This document shows, piece after piece, positions 18,593 through 28,578 of a stretch of 64,000 nt of DNA. Location of the stretch: contig PUNK01000035.1 in NCBI GenBank assembly GCA_003552585.1, positions 93 through 64,092 on the forward strand, read 5' to 3'. Positions within the stretch are counted from its first letter, which is position 1. Every line of letters begins with the position of its first letter. A program made the position numbers and the translations under genes. The notes beneath the pieces were generated by a model. That model was not told the origin of the DNA. It was given only the letters and a program-made list of their open reading frames with translations, and did not search any database. Source of the DNA: Thermoplasmata archaeon (GTDB lineage: Archaea; Thermoplasmatota; Thermoplasmata; Halarchaeoplasmatales; Halarchaeoplasmataceae).

Positions 18593-20407
18593 TTAACCTA
18601 CTTTGACCTTTTTCCCTTCGTTCAAGGCCCGAATTATGTTTTTACCGGAATGAGTGTTCTTTCTTATCTTGATCGTTCCATCCCGTCCTACCGTGGCGGT
18701 GGTTAGGTGTTCTCCATCCGCGTACAGATCCACGGTTTCTTTTGAAAATCTACTCCCCACATCTACCACTACTTGATCGGATTCCATGTACACGTTTACC
18801 GTCTTCATCTCTTGACTCTTTTTTTCTCCGCCGTAAGCTTTCACATCTATTTTTACTCCTAGATCTTGTTCGATGTGGGCGATACGCTGACCACCTTTGC
18901 CAAGGAGTGCAGGGATCTGATTATCCATAACATACACCGTGACACTATCTGAAGAGTTCACATCGCAATCTACGGGCCCGTTGACATATTGACTTATATA
19001 TCGTTGGATCTGGTACGAAGCGAGTTCCCATATAGGATCCATTTCTTCTGAAGAGGTCTCCTCCACAGGCATAACCACCACCTGTTCCCCATAGGTGTAA
19101 ATCTCGTATTCAGGAGTACCGGTTTCGAAATCACATACCTCTATCACGGGTCGAGCTAGGTCTTCCTGAACCATCCCTGAGGGAACCTTAACGGTGAATT
19201 TGATGTCGTATACCTTGGTTATCTCTCCTGCTTCAACAAAGATGATGGTATCGACTACTTGGGGCACCATACCGAGCTCGACTCTGCCTATCAGTCGTTG
19301 AAGGGCGTCTATAGCTCTGTTGGCGTGCGTTACACCGACCATCCCTACCCCTGCCAACCTCATATCAGCAAAGACCTTGAAGTCGGGGGTCTTTCTTACC
19401 TCGTCAAAAATAGTGTAGTCAGGTCTTACGAGCAATAAAACATCTGAAGTGTTTTCTAGACTGCCCCCGAGATCGGTATACTGTGTGATATCGTCTGGAA
19501 CTTGAAGATCTCTAGGTTTTTCCATCGTCTTGACAACGAAATCCTTTTTCATAAGGTATATGGCGACCGCCTGGGCTAGAGTGCTTTTTCCAGCACCAGG
19601 TGCACCTGCCAGCATAACCCCTCTCCTTTTTCCCGCTATCCTCTCTTTCAACTCTTCAGATAAACGATATTCATCCAAGTCTACCCTGGCAACAGGTTTT
19701 ACGGCGGTTATCTCGAAACCATCTGAGAAGGGAGGACGGGATATAACTATCCGCATGTCTCCTAATTGGACGATCGTCGCACCACTCTTATCCATCTCGA
19801 TGAAACCTTTTGCTGACCTTTTTGTCCTTTCGATGATCTCATGAGCGATCTGCCTTAATTCGGGTTCATCCATAATTCTATCTTCTATGGTCTCGATCCT
19901 CATGTTCCCAGGAGTGCCTTTTTTTGCCTTGGGTCTTGTTCCCACTCTAAGATGGACCGACATCGTCTCTTCGTCAAAATAGTCCCTTATCCATCTTTTA
20001 CCTTCGATGTCTTCTATCTCGGGTTTCAGGTATTTCACTCTGATACCCTTGGCTTTGGCGATCTTTGCTTGTACCATATCGCTGGTCATGAGCAGTGCGC
20101 TTTCCTCCTCTGCGAGGTCCCTCACCATTGCATCTATCTCCCCCTCCTCAGCGTACTTGACCTGAAATCTATCTGGCCTATTTCCCTTGAAAACCATTGA
20201 TATATCGTGGGTGTCTATTAGTTTTCTGAGAGATCCTATTTCTTCCAGTCCGCTCATGCCCGTCTCTTTACCTTTATTGGCCTGTGCTTCCAGCTCGGCT
20301 ATCACCGCTTCTGGGATGATGATCTCGAATCCATCGAGTTCCCCCTCCTTTACCATAGAAGTTATTCGACCGTCGATGATAACACTTGTATCAGTTAAAA
20401 CCTTCAT
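18593..20407 (-). CDS. PIN-domain + P-loop ATPase + KH-domain protein (PINA-like)
   Basis: N-terminal PIN (VLTDTSVIIDGRI...). Walker A GAPGAGKST and Walker B region. C-terminal KH-like GKGGQRIAHIEQDLG. Confidence 0.75.
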   Translation of the reverse strand: MKVLTDTSVIIDGRITSMVKEGELDGFEIIIPEAVIAELEAQANKGKETGMSGLEEIGSLRKLIDTHDISMVFKGNRPDRFQVKYAEEGEIDAMVRDLAEEESALLMTSDMVQAKIAKAKGIRVKYLKPEIEDIEGKRWIRDYFDEETMSVHLRVGTRPKAKKGTPGNMRIETIEDRIMDEPELRQIAHEIIERTKRSAKGFIEMDKSGATIVQLGDMRIVISRPPFSDGFEITAVKPVARVDLDEYRLSEELKERIAGKRRGVMLAGAPGAGKSTLAQAVAIYLMKKDFVVKTMEKPRDLQVPDDITQYTDLGGSLENTSDVLLLVRPDYTIFDEVRKTPDFKVFADMRLAGVGMVGVTHANRAIDALQRLIGRVELGMVPQVVDTIIFVEAGEITKVYDIKFTVKVPSGMVQEDLARPVIEVCDFETGTPEYEIYTYGEQVVVMPVEETSSEEMDPIWELASYQIQRYISQYVNGPVDCDVNSSDSVTVYVMDNQIPALLGKGGQRIAHIEQDLGVKIDVKAYGGEKKSQEMKTVNVYMESDQVVVDVGSRFSKETVDLYADGEHLTTATVGRDGTIKIRKNTHSGKNIIRALNEGKKVKVG

Positions 20408-20474
20408 GTATGTTCATTTTATGCTTAAGTATAAAACTCTTTTTAATGAAAATTTAATAGTTGGGACTGATTAG

Positions 20475-21047
20475 TCATGTTGGCCCTGGGACAGGTTCTA
20501 TTATTTCAACATGGTCGGGTGGCTGGAACTCATTGTCTGGTATATCATTATTTACCTCTATATTGGAAACAAAAAAAGTGACCTCTTGTCCTGTATCTGG
20601 ATCGTCCTCCGTGATGGTAAAATCATCAGTTCCTTCTTTAAGAATATCTTCAGTCATACCCTCTATCAGTTCCCATAATGGGATTGCTTCTTCCATACCA
20701 AAAGTTCCGGTTGTTTTCAACCATGCATCGCCATATGCTCTATGGTATTCTTCGCTGTCAGAGAAATAATAAAACGCTATATCTTCCTGGTTCCACATCA
20801 TTATTTGTTCATTTCCCTCCCTATCAAATCCTCTGAAGGAGAAATCAAAATCATCGTCACCGATATTTCTAGCTCTGATGTTATAATATGCATTAGGATT
20901 ATCTTCTAGGGTAATAGTTGCCTCTAAACTCTGTACCTCGTCGGGTGCCTCATCATCAAGGCAACCAGTGGATGTAGAAATAATTATAATTATGAGTAAC
21001 ACGACTAGGACGTTCTTGAGTATTTTTTTGTTCATCTTATTCAACAA
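20475..21047 (-). CDS. secreted acidic lipoprotein, unknown function
   Basis: Signal peptide with lipobox-like STGC; D/E-rich. Confidence 0.45.
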   Translation of the reverse strand: MLNKMNKKILKNVLVVLLIIIIISTSTGCLDDEAPDEVQSLEATITLEDNPNAYYNIRARNIGDDDFDFSFRGFDREGNEQIMMWNQEDIAFYYFSDSEEYHRAYGDAWLKTTGTFGMEEAIPLWELIEGMTEDILKEGTDDFTITEDDPDTGQEVTFFVSNIEVNNDIPDNEFQPPDHVEIIEPVPGPT

Positions 21048-21132
21048 AATATTGTTACCTCTGGTTAATATATTTTGGCATTGTCGACCTAATTGTCAAA
21101 AAATATTTTACTGACTTTAAAGATAGGACAGT

Positions 21133-21699
21133 ATGTATTGGCTAACGGTGGTCGGTATCGCATTTGTTTTAATCACTTTAGCAGAACTCGGTGACAAAAC
21201 GCAATTGATGACGGTCACCCTCGCCTCGAAGTATCCCCGGATGCCAGTATATTGGGGTGTTTTGTTAGGTATGGCTTTTGTCACTTTACTTGGAGTTGCA
21301 GTGGGGACGATAATCTACTCGTATATACCGGTGACAATAGTCAAGATTATAGCGGGGTCTTTGTTCATTTTTTTCGGTATTTACACCTTTTTATTGGAAG
21401 ATGATGATGCTGTAGAGGACATCGATGAAAAACACGTTTTTCGTAATTCATTTACTCTATCTATGATCGCTGAATTCGGAGATAAAACACAGTTAGCAGT
21501 GATAGCCTTGACTGCCAGGTATGCCTCCCCATCATCGGTATTCATCGGGGCAGTGATGGGCCTAGCTTTGATAGTTGGGATCGGTACTTTGCTTGGTGAT
21601 AAGATATCCCAAGTGGTGGAGAGAGACAAGATCGAGCTAGGAGCGGCTATATTGTTTGTAGTCCTCGGTGTTTTTTTCATTGTAGAGGCATTATTATGA
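21133..21699 (+). CDS. UPF0016/GDT1 (TMEM165) family cation/H+ antiporter
   Basis: Two E-x-G-D-K-T-Q repeats (LAELGDKTQL, IAEFGDKTQL) in a 6-TM protein. Confidence 0.8.
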   Translation: MYWLTVVGIAFVLITLAELGDKTQLMTVTLASKYPRMPVYWGVLLGMAFVTLLGVAVGTIIYSYIPVTIVKIIAGSLFIFFGIYTFLLEDDDAVEDIDEKHVFRNSFTLSMIAEFGDKTQLAVIALTARYASPSSVFIGAVMGLALIVGIGTLLGDKISQVVERDKIELGAAILFVVLGVFFIVEALL

Positions 21700-21750
21700 A
21701 TGTATTATGCTTTCAATAAATACTATTTAGAACTAGTATGATTCTTTATT

Positions 21751-22293
21751 ATGCCTAGGTGGAAGAAAAAAAGCTCTGAACTGATCGCCAAGTCAACCCT
21801 TTTTACTATGCTAGAAGACGAGGTTATCCTACCCGATGGTACAGAGAAGAAATATACAATTGTAGACTTTCCAGATTTTGCAGGTGTACTGCCAATCTAC
21901 GAGGACCAGTTTGTTTTTGTACAAAATTACAGGTATCCTATCGATGAATTTGTACTCGAGATACCAGCAGGCCTTATCGATCAGGGTGAAACTCCTTTGG
22001 AGACAGCCAAGAGAGAATTGGAAGAAGAAACAGGATATGTTCTTAAAAATGCTCGAGACCTGTGTACTTATCATCCTATAGCCAGTTTGAATACTCAGAA
22101 AGCCTATCTTTTTTTAGGTGAAGTAGTGGAAGGAGGAAAAAAAGCTCCAGACAAAGGAGAAGATATGAAAACTTGTCTTTTAGATATTGAAGAAACTTAC
22201 GAGAGGCTGTACGATGGTGAAATAATCCATCCTCATACTATGATCGCGCTATTCTTTGCAAAAAGGAAGGTTGAGGCATTGAAAAGACTGTAA
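21751..22293 (+). CDS. Nudix hydrolase (ADP-ribose pyrophosphatase-like)
   Basis: Nudix box GLIDQGETPLETAKRELEEETGY. Confidence 0.8.
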   Translation: MPRWKKKSSELIAKSTLFTMLEDEVILPDGTEKKYTIVDFPDFAGVLPIYEDQFVFVQNYRYPIDEFVLEIPAGLIDQGETPLETAKRELEEETGYVLKNARDLCTYHPIASLNTQKAYLFLGEVVEGGKKAPDKGEDMKTCLLDIEETYERLYDGEIIHPHTMIALFFAKRKVEALKRL

Positions 22294-22340
22294 TTTTGCG
22301 AAAAAGTTTATACCTTTTGTATCTAATCAGCCGATAGTTT

Positions 22341-23591
22341 ATGGCTAAATTTATCCGAACCGACAGCGGAATTCTCTGTTGTTCTTACTGTGGAACTGCT
22401 GTAGAGAAGGAAGACGAATCTTGTCAGAATTGTGGCGAAAGGCTTGAGGGAGAGATAACTGACGGTAAGGTATGCCAATCCTGTAATACGGTCTCAAGTA
22501 GACTTGAGGATATATGTCCTAACTGTGGTGCGGAACTCGACTTGATTAAACCTAAGAGCGAGGATGATGAATATCTTTCGCGCCTACTCGGCTGGAGCGA
22601 CGAGGCAGAAGAAAAACTACGCTCGAAAGTTGAGGAGAAAAAAAAAGCAGTAGACGTTTTCAAAAAGATGACCTCTGCTGGAGCTGTAAAAAGTGAAGAT
22701 GATGATATGAAAGATACTGATGAACTATATGATACAGAAAATGGCATCGACTTTGACATGATATTTTCGAAGATCAAAGATAGGAAGGAAAGGGTGAAAG
22801 AAGAACTTCAAAACGTTAATGATGATCTAGTTGTGGAAAAATACGAGAATGAACTTGATCATCTCAAAGAAATGGAGGATACAGCAAGTAGGATGGAAAA
22901 GAATGTGAAACAAACTATATCTAAACAAGAAGAAGAGTTCAAGCTAAAGAGGGAGGAACTAAAAGAGAGGATTAGGGAATTTAAGAAGGTCGTCAAAAGA
23001 AGGGAATCAGAGAAGAATAGGATTAACGAACACAAAGAAAAACTTACAAAAAAAGAAGATGAATTGAAAAAATGGGAGACCCAACTCAGGGCTTGGGAAG
23101 AAGACCTCAGAGATAAGGAAGAAGATATTAGACAAATAAAGGAGATGTATGAGGACGGGGAAAGACAACTAGAGGAGATAGAAAGGGAACTTCCTGAAGA
23201 AGGAGGAGTGACTGAAGAGGAATGGCTTGATGAGCAGAAAAGGGTTCAGAGGGAACTCTTTAAATTGAAGGATGTTTGGGAGGACGATGAAGAGCTTGAA
23301 GAGCTTGATGGGCAAAGTCTACGATATTTCAGAAAGAAGATCAAAGAAAAAGAGGAAGAATGGAAGCAGAAAATGAAGGATCTAGAGAAAGAGCTAGAAA
23401 GGGTGAGGGAAGAGAAGGAGATGGTCATGAAAAAGGAATTGGACATCGACCTGGAAAGAGATGAGATAGGAGAGATCCTGACCGTGCTTGATACATTGTT
23501 GGGTCATCTTCCGGAAGAGAAAATTTCAGAATTTGCAAGTTCGGAGCATTTTGAGCTTTACGAAAAAGTGCTGGATGCTTTTGAAATTTAA
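22341..23591 (+). CDS. double zinc-ribbon protein with long E/K-rich coiled-coil tail
   Basis: Two CxxC-x(n)-CxxC pairs in the N-terminal 70 aa (CSYCG...CQNCG; CQSCN...CPNCG), then ~340 aa of charged coiled coil. Confidence 0.6.
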   Translation: MAKFIRTDSGILCCSYCGTAVEKEDESCQNCGERLEGEITDGKVCQSCNTVSSRLEDICPNCGAELDLIKPKSEDDEYLSRLLGWSDEAEEKLRSKVEEKKKAVDVFKKMTSAGAVKSEDDDMKDTDELYDTENGIDFDMIFSKIKDRKERVKEELQNVNDDLVVEKYENELDHLKEMEDTASRMEKNVKQTISKQEEEFKLKREELKERIREFKKVVKRRESEKNRINEHKEKLTKKEDELKKWETQLRAWEEDLRDKEEDIRQIKEMYEDGERQLEEIERELPEEGGVTEEEWLDEQKRVQRELFKLKDVWEDDEELEELDGQSLRYFRKKIKEKEEEWKQKMKDLEKELERVREEKEMVMKKELDIDLERDEIGEILTVLDTLLGHLPEEKISEFASSEHFELYEKVLDAFEI

Positions 23592-23603
23592 GGAGATCGT
23601 CAG

Positions 23604-26600
23604 ATGGGTCTACGGGAAAAAGCCAGAAAGTTACGTGAGGAAGAGAAACGCATCGAAGAGGACGAAGAGAAAGTTACAGAGGAGTTGGAAGAGTTCCAGG
23701 AACGCCTCAAAGAATTAAAAGAAGAGATAAAAGAACTGGAAGAAAAAAGGGAGGAAGTTCTAGAGGATGTTAAAAAGGAGCAAGCAGAACTGGACGAACT
23801 CATCGAAGAAAAGAAAGAAGCAGAATATGAGGTAGAACAACTTCAAGAAAAGGAAGAGGAATTGATTCAGAAAAGGGAGGATTTGGAGAAAGAGAGAAAG
23901 GATCTAGAATATGAACTTAAAACGAAGGAGAAGGAACTTGAAAAAAGGGAGGAAGAGCTCGAAAAGGAGATAAACGATCTTGAGACTTTCAAAACATCTT
24001 TAGATGAAAGGGAAGAAGAGCTTGCTGAAAAGGAGAAAGAGATCGAGGAGTTAAAAGAAAAAGGAGATGTGATCAGTACTGAACTCGAGGAAATTGAGAA
24101 ACAAAAGAACGAACTGGAAAAGGAAAGAACAGAGCTTGAAGAGGAAAGGGAAGAGCTTACGGAGCTTAAAAAAGATATAGACGAGAAGGAAAAAGAACTC
24201 GAAGAAATGGAAAAGGATATCAAGCATAAAGAGGAGGAACTTGAGGAGATCGAGGAAAAGAGAAAAGAGTTGGAGAAAGAAGAAGAGCAGATAGGTGAGA
24301 GAGAAAGATCTTTGGAAAAATCTCAGGCGGAGTTGAAAAGCGGATTTGAGGAATTGGAACAACTAAAAGCAGATTTAGAGGAGAGAGAACAGAAATTACA
24401 GGATCAAAAAGAGGAGCATGAAGAAGCACTCAATGAAGCGGAATTATTAAAACAGCAGCTGGAAGAAAGAGAGTCTACCCTCGTAGAGAAGGAAAAAGAA
24501 GTGGATGAACTTGAAGAAGAGTTAGAAGAACGGGAGAAAAGTCTCAGAGGTAAAAAGGGTGCTTTAACACGTAAAGAAAATGCATTGACGGAGCTTGAAG
24601 AGCAGTTGAATGAAAAAGAAAGGATGTTGGAAGAGAAAGAAGAAAAGCTAAAAGAGGAAGTTGAGGAGCAGTTGTTCGAGGAAAGGAAACAAGAACTCGA
24701 CGAGCTCGATGGAGAGCTATCTTCCAAAAGGGATGAGAGGGAGGAATTGGAAAGCAAATTAGAGGATTTACAAGGTGAATTACAATCTTTAGAAAAAAGA
24801 AAAGATGAACTTCAGACTCTGAAAGAGGAGGTCCAGCAAAGAGAGAAGCAAGTTGAGGAGAAAGAAGAGCATCTTGAACAAAGAGAGGCTGAAGTCAGTG
24901 ATAAAGAGGAGTTGATAGATCAGGCTGAAGAGAGATTGGAGGAGCTTGAAGAAAGGGAGCAAGAGCTTGACTCAAAAGAACAGAAATTGACAGGATTAGA
25001 GACCCATTTAGAGGAGAGGGAGGAGAATTTAAAGGACAAGGAAGCAGAAATAGACGAAAGGCAGACAGAACTAGATCAATTGGAAACAGAGATAACCGAA
25101 AAAGAGTCATCACTCGCAGAGAGAGAGGAAAAACTTGATGTAAGGTCATCTGAACTTGATGAAAAGGAGGGGGATTTGGAGGAAAGAGAGGAAAAGGTCC
25201 AAAAGAAAGAGAAGGATTTAGATGATCTAGATACAGAGCTGGGTAAAGAAGAAAACAGGCTAGAGGAATGGAAGGCTGAGTTGGAAGACTGGGAAGAAGA
25301 GGTTGAAAGCAAAGAAGAAGAGTTAGATTCATTAGAACAAGAGGTGCAAAAAAGAGTCGAGTCGGTAGAAGAAAGAGAAGAAGAACTGGCAGAAATTGAG
25401 AGTGGATTGGATGATAAGGAAAAGGATCTTATTGAAAGAGAGGAGGAAGTAAATTCACTCAAAGAGGAACTCCGGTTAAAAGAAGAGAGATTGGAAGAAA
25501 GAAAGAAGAACTTAGAGGATCTAGAAAGCAATCTAGATGGTGTCGAAGCCCGTCTTGTCAAAAAAGAAAAGAAATTAGAAAAGTTTGAGGATGACCTTAA
25601 CGAAAGAAAAGATGAAATAGATAAGCGAGAAGAAAAATTGATCGCTAGGGAGAAAGAACTGGAGCGGGAAAGCGAGCTTTTAGAGGAAAAGAGTGGAGAA
25701 CTAAGCGAACTAAATTCAGAATTAGATAATAGAAAATCCCGTTTAGATAAACGAGAGGAAGGATTGGATACGAGAGAAGAAGGGCTTGCAGGATGGGAGG
25801 AAAAACTTGAGCAGAGAGAAAGCTCGGTACAGAAGTTAGAGAACAAATTGGGTTCGATGGAAAATGATTTGATCAAACTTGAGTCTCGCCTAGAAAAGAG
25901 AGAAGCTGAACTGAAGGAATGGAAAGAGAGGTTAAACTCACGTGAGGATGAGCTGGATGAGAGGGAAAAAGAGATCAAGGAAACAACTGATGAACTCAAA
26001 GAAAAAGGTAAAGATCTTGAGAAGCTAGAGGATAGATTGGATGAGAGAGAGGAGGAACTGAACTCGAAGGAAAGCGAACTTGAAGATAAAGATAACAGAC
26101 TCATCTCAGAGAAGAAAAATCTCAAGCTCAAAGAAGAAGGGCTGCACGAATTGAGAGAAGAACTTGCCGACTTTGAGACCGAGTTGGACGAGCGAAATGA
26201 GAAATTTGAACAGAATGTCCAAAAGAAGGAAGAAGAACTAGAAAAGAAAGAGGCTTCATTAGAGCAGCGAGAAGAGATTTTAGATGAGATGGAGGATAAG
26301 TTATCTACAAAGGAGAAAGACCTGAATCAGCGTGAAGGCAGTTTGTCACATCGGGAAGAGAAATTAGAAGAAAGGAAGAGTGAACTCGAAGAGCGAGACT
26401 CTACGGTATCTTTGTTGGAGGACGGCTTAAAAGAGCTTCAAGATGAATTAGAAAAATGGAGAAACCAGCTAGAGGAAAAGGAGGAAGAGATAGAACTTCA
26501 GAGCAATAAAGCTGAGAAACAGTTGAAAGAAGCGAAGAGACTAGATGCAAGGTTGGATCAACGTGAAAATGCAATTCAAGAAAACTTAGAGAAGGTTGAA

Positions 26601-27584
26601 AATGAGAAGAAAGAGGTATTAAATCTGTGGACTGAGGTAGGCGAAAAACTCGAGAGGTTGAGTACACTAGAGGAGGAATTAGAAGATAAGGAAGAAAAAT
26701 TAGATAAATTAGATGATGAGTTGTCTTCTAGGGAAAGAAACATCTCAAATAGAGAGAAAGCGGTGAGTGAAAAGGAAATAAAGTCAGCTGATAGGGAGAG
26801 AAGGATACAGGAACAGATAGAGGACTTGACTTCGGAGATGGAGAAGATACAGTCCTGGAGTGAAGCTGTCCTTGACAAGGAAGAGCAAGTACGTCAGTGG
26901 AAAGAGGATCTCGAGTCTTGGGAGGATGAACTTGAAGATCGAAGGGAAGAAATAGAAGATCAAAGACGTGAACTAAAAGAGATGAGAGAGAAAGTTCCCC
27001 AACGCTTGGAGGAGGTTAAGAAGAGAGAGAAGAAAGTAGAAAGGAAAAGAAGAGACATGATCAATTGGAAGGAAAAATTACAGGCCAAGGAAGAGCTGTT
27101 GAAGGACCAAGAAAGGGAGATGGAAGAGGAAAGAAAGCATCTAGAAGAGGTTAAGGAGAGTGCCATGAACTTCATGGACTATGCCCGATCAAAGAAGGCA
27201 AGAGAAGAGAAGAAATTACGTGAGCAGATAAAAAAGGAAAGGGAAAAATTGGAAAGAGAGAGACATTTGCTTGAAGAAGAGCTAAAAGAGCGTGAGAAAC
27301 GGTTGGAGGATAGGGAAGAGGATCTCGAAACAAAATCATCAAGGATAGAAGAGATCGAAAAGGATTTGAAGGTCCGTAAAGAAAAATTAGATGCCCAACA
27401 GAAGGATATCGTTGAGGAGAGGGAAGAACTAACTGAGATGTGGTCTCAAGTGGAGGAGGAGGCAGAGAAGGTAAAAGATCTTGAGGATTGGGAATCCGAA
27501 TTGAAAGTGAAAGAGGACAAATTGAAAAAGAAGAAAGAAAGGATCGATAGGATGAAGAAGCACTTAGATGACCTTCTCAGTTAG
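23604..27584 (+). CDS. giant (1326 aa) E/K/L-rich coiled-coil protein, no recognisable enzymatic domain
   Basis: Continuous heptad-like KEKELEKREEELEKE repeats throughout. No Walker motifs at either end. AGGAGA RBS 7 nt upstream. In the same frame as the preceding gene, separated by a single TAA. Confidence 0.7.
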   Translation: MGLREKARKLREEEKRIEEDEEKVTEELEEFQERLKELKEEIKELEEKREEVLEDVKKEQAELDELIEEKKEAEYEVEQLQEKEEELIQKREDLEKERKDLEYELKTKEKELEKREEELEKEINDLETFKTSLDEREEELAEKEKEIEELKEKGDVISTELEEIEKQKNELEKERTELEEEREELTELKKDIDEKEKELEEMEKDIKHKEEELEEIEEKRKELEKEEEQIGERERSLEKSQAELKSGFEELEQLKADLEEREQKLQDQKEEHEEALNEAELLKQQLEERESTLVEKEKEVDELEEELEEREKSLRGKKGALTRKENALTELEEQLNEKERMLEEKEEKLKEEVEEQLFEERKQELDELDGELSSKRDEREELESKLEDLQGELQSLEKRKDELQTLKEEVQQREKQVEEKEEHLEQREAEVSDKEELIDQAEERLEELEEREQELDSKEQKLTGLETHLEEREENLKDKEAEIDERQTELDQLETEITEKESSLAEREEKLDVRSSELDEKEGDLEEREEKVQKKEKDLDDLDTELGKEENRLEEWKAELEDWEEEVESKEEELDSLEQEVQKRVESVEEREEELAEIESGLDDKEKDLIEREEEVNSLKEELRLKEERLEERKKNLEDLESNLDGVEARLVKKEKKLEKFEDDLNERKDEIDKREEKLIAREKELERESELLEEKSGELSELNSELDNRKSRLDKREEGLDTREEGLAGWEEKLEQRESSVQKLENKLGSMENDLIKLESRLEKREAELKEWKERLNSREDELDEREKEIKETTDELKEKGKDLEKLEDRLDEREEELNSKESELEDKDNRLISEKKNLKLKEEGLHELREELADFETELDERNEKFEQNVQKKEEELEKKEASLEQREEILDEMEDKLSTKEKDLNQREGSLSHREEKLEERKSELEERDSTVSLLEDGLKELQDELEKWRNQLEEKEEEIELQSNKAEKQLKEAKRLDARLDQRENAIQENLEKVENEKKEVLNLWTEVGEKLERLSTLEEELEDKEEKLDKLDDELSSRERNISNREKAVSEKEIKSADRERRIQEQIEDLTSEMEKIQSWSEAVLDKEEQVRQWKEDLESWEDELEDRREEIEDQRRELKEMREKVPQRLEEVKKREKKVERKRRDMINWKEKLQAKEELLKDQEREMEEERKHLEEVKESAMNFMDYARSKKAREEKKLREQIKKEREKLERERHLLEEELKEREKRLEDREEDLETKSSRIEEIEKDLKVRKEKLDAQQKDIVEEREELTEMWSQVEEEAEKVKDLEDWESELKVKEDKLKKKKERIDRMKKHLDDLLS

Positions 27585-28578
27585 TCCTACGTATCATCAG
27601 ATCGACAAGGTCTTCTAGTATCTCTTTATAATATGTATCCTGAATGAACCTGATCTCCCGTTTAGCTTCATGAGCATATCTTCTAGCTTTCATTTTACAG
27701 TGTTCCAAAGAACTGCTATTTTTTAGAAGAGAAAGGACCTCTTCTATCTCATCCTCTGTGTTTTTCTCTTTATCTAGTAGATTTTTTAGACGTTCGGGGT
27801 TCTCAAGATTTTGAAGTGCATGGATAATGATAAACGTTCGCTTTCCTGAACGTATGTCACTACAAACAGGTTTGCCTATCTCGTCTTGATCTCCGACAAG
27901 ATCTAGATAATCATCCTGAAGTTGGAAGGCGATACCCATCTTTCTAGCGTATTCCCCCATCCTTTGGATATGTTCTTCGGGAGCACCTGCTATGATTGCC
28001 GCACCCTTAGTACAGGCCTGGAAAAGATGACTAGTTTTTTTCTCTATCATGTTTATAAATTCTTCTTCTGTAATATCGTAGGTGCTTTCAAATCGCATGT
28101 CTTCATCCTGCCCCTCGGCGACTTTTAGAACGGAATCTGCTACCTCATCTAGAAGGTAAGATAGAGCATCTCCTTCAAGTTCAGTGTGAGATAATACTTT
28201 AAAGGCTAATGCGAAGAGGGCATCGCCCACATTAATTGCGCTACCAACTCCTTCTCTCTTATATATAGTTTCTATTCCCCTGCGAACAGGATCTTTATCC
28301 ATTATATCATCGTGGACAAGAGTAAAATTGTGTATCAATTCCATACTTATTCCCAATGGCAAAGCCTTTTTTTCTTCGATCCCTAAGGCTCCTGCAGATA
28401 TCATGGCTAAAAAGGGACGCAGCTTTTTTCCTCCGGCTTTGGGGTACACTGCCATCAGTTCCCATAAAGGATGTTGTTCATCTCGATCGAAGAGCTCCTC
28501 GATCTCAGATTCGATCAGTATCTTCCTTTCCTTTATCTCTTCCATAAGATCTATCATGGTTAATCTCCCCCTGTCCAC
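27577..28578 (-). CDS. idsA: geranylgeranyl (polyprenyl) diphosphate synthase
   Basis: First aspartate-rich motif LVHDDIMD and second motif QLQDDYLD. Confidence 0.85.
   Translation of the reverse strand: MDRGRLTMIDLMEEIKERKILIESEIEELFDRDEQHPLWELMAVYPKAGGKKLRPFLAMISAGALGIEEKKALPLGISMELIHNFTLVHDDIMDKDPVRRGIETIYKREGVGSAINVGDALFALAFKVLSHTELEGDALSYLLDEVADSVLKVAEGQDEDMRFESTYDITEEEFINMIEKKTSHLFQACTKGAAIIAGAPEEHIQRMGEYARKMGIAFQLQDDYLDLVGDQDEIGKPVCSDIRSGKRTFIIIHALQNLENPERLKNLLDKEKNTEDEIEEVLSLLKNSSSLEHCKMKARRYAHEAKREIRFIQDTYYKEILEDLVDLMIRRTN

Noticed and set aside
23246-27175. Numerous minus-strand ORFs (60-351 aa) rich in S/L/F, for example 25076-26131 and 24895-25332
   Set aside because: They are antisense to the GAA/AAG-rich coiled-coil gene. 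Reverse-complementing Glu/Lys codons yields Phe/Leu/Ser runs with no stops. These are spurious.
22341-27584. Considered an SMC/Rad50-like ATPase
   Set aside because: No Walker A/B or signature motif at the N- or C-termini of either ORF; purely coiled coil.
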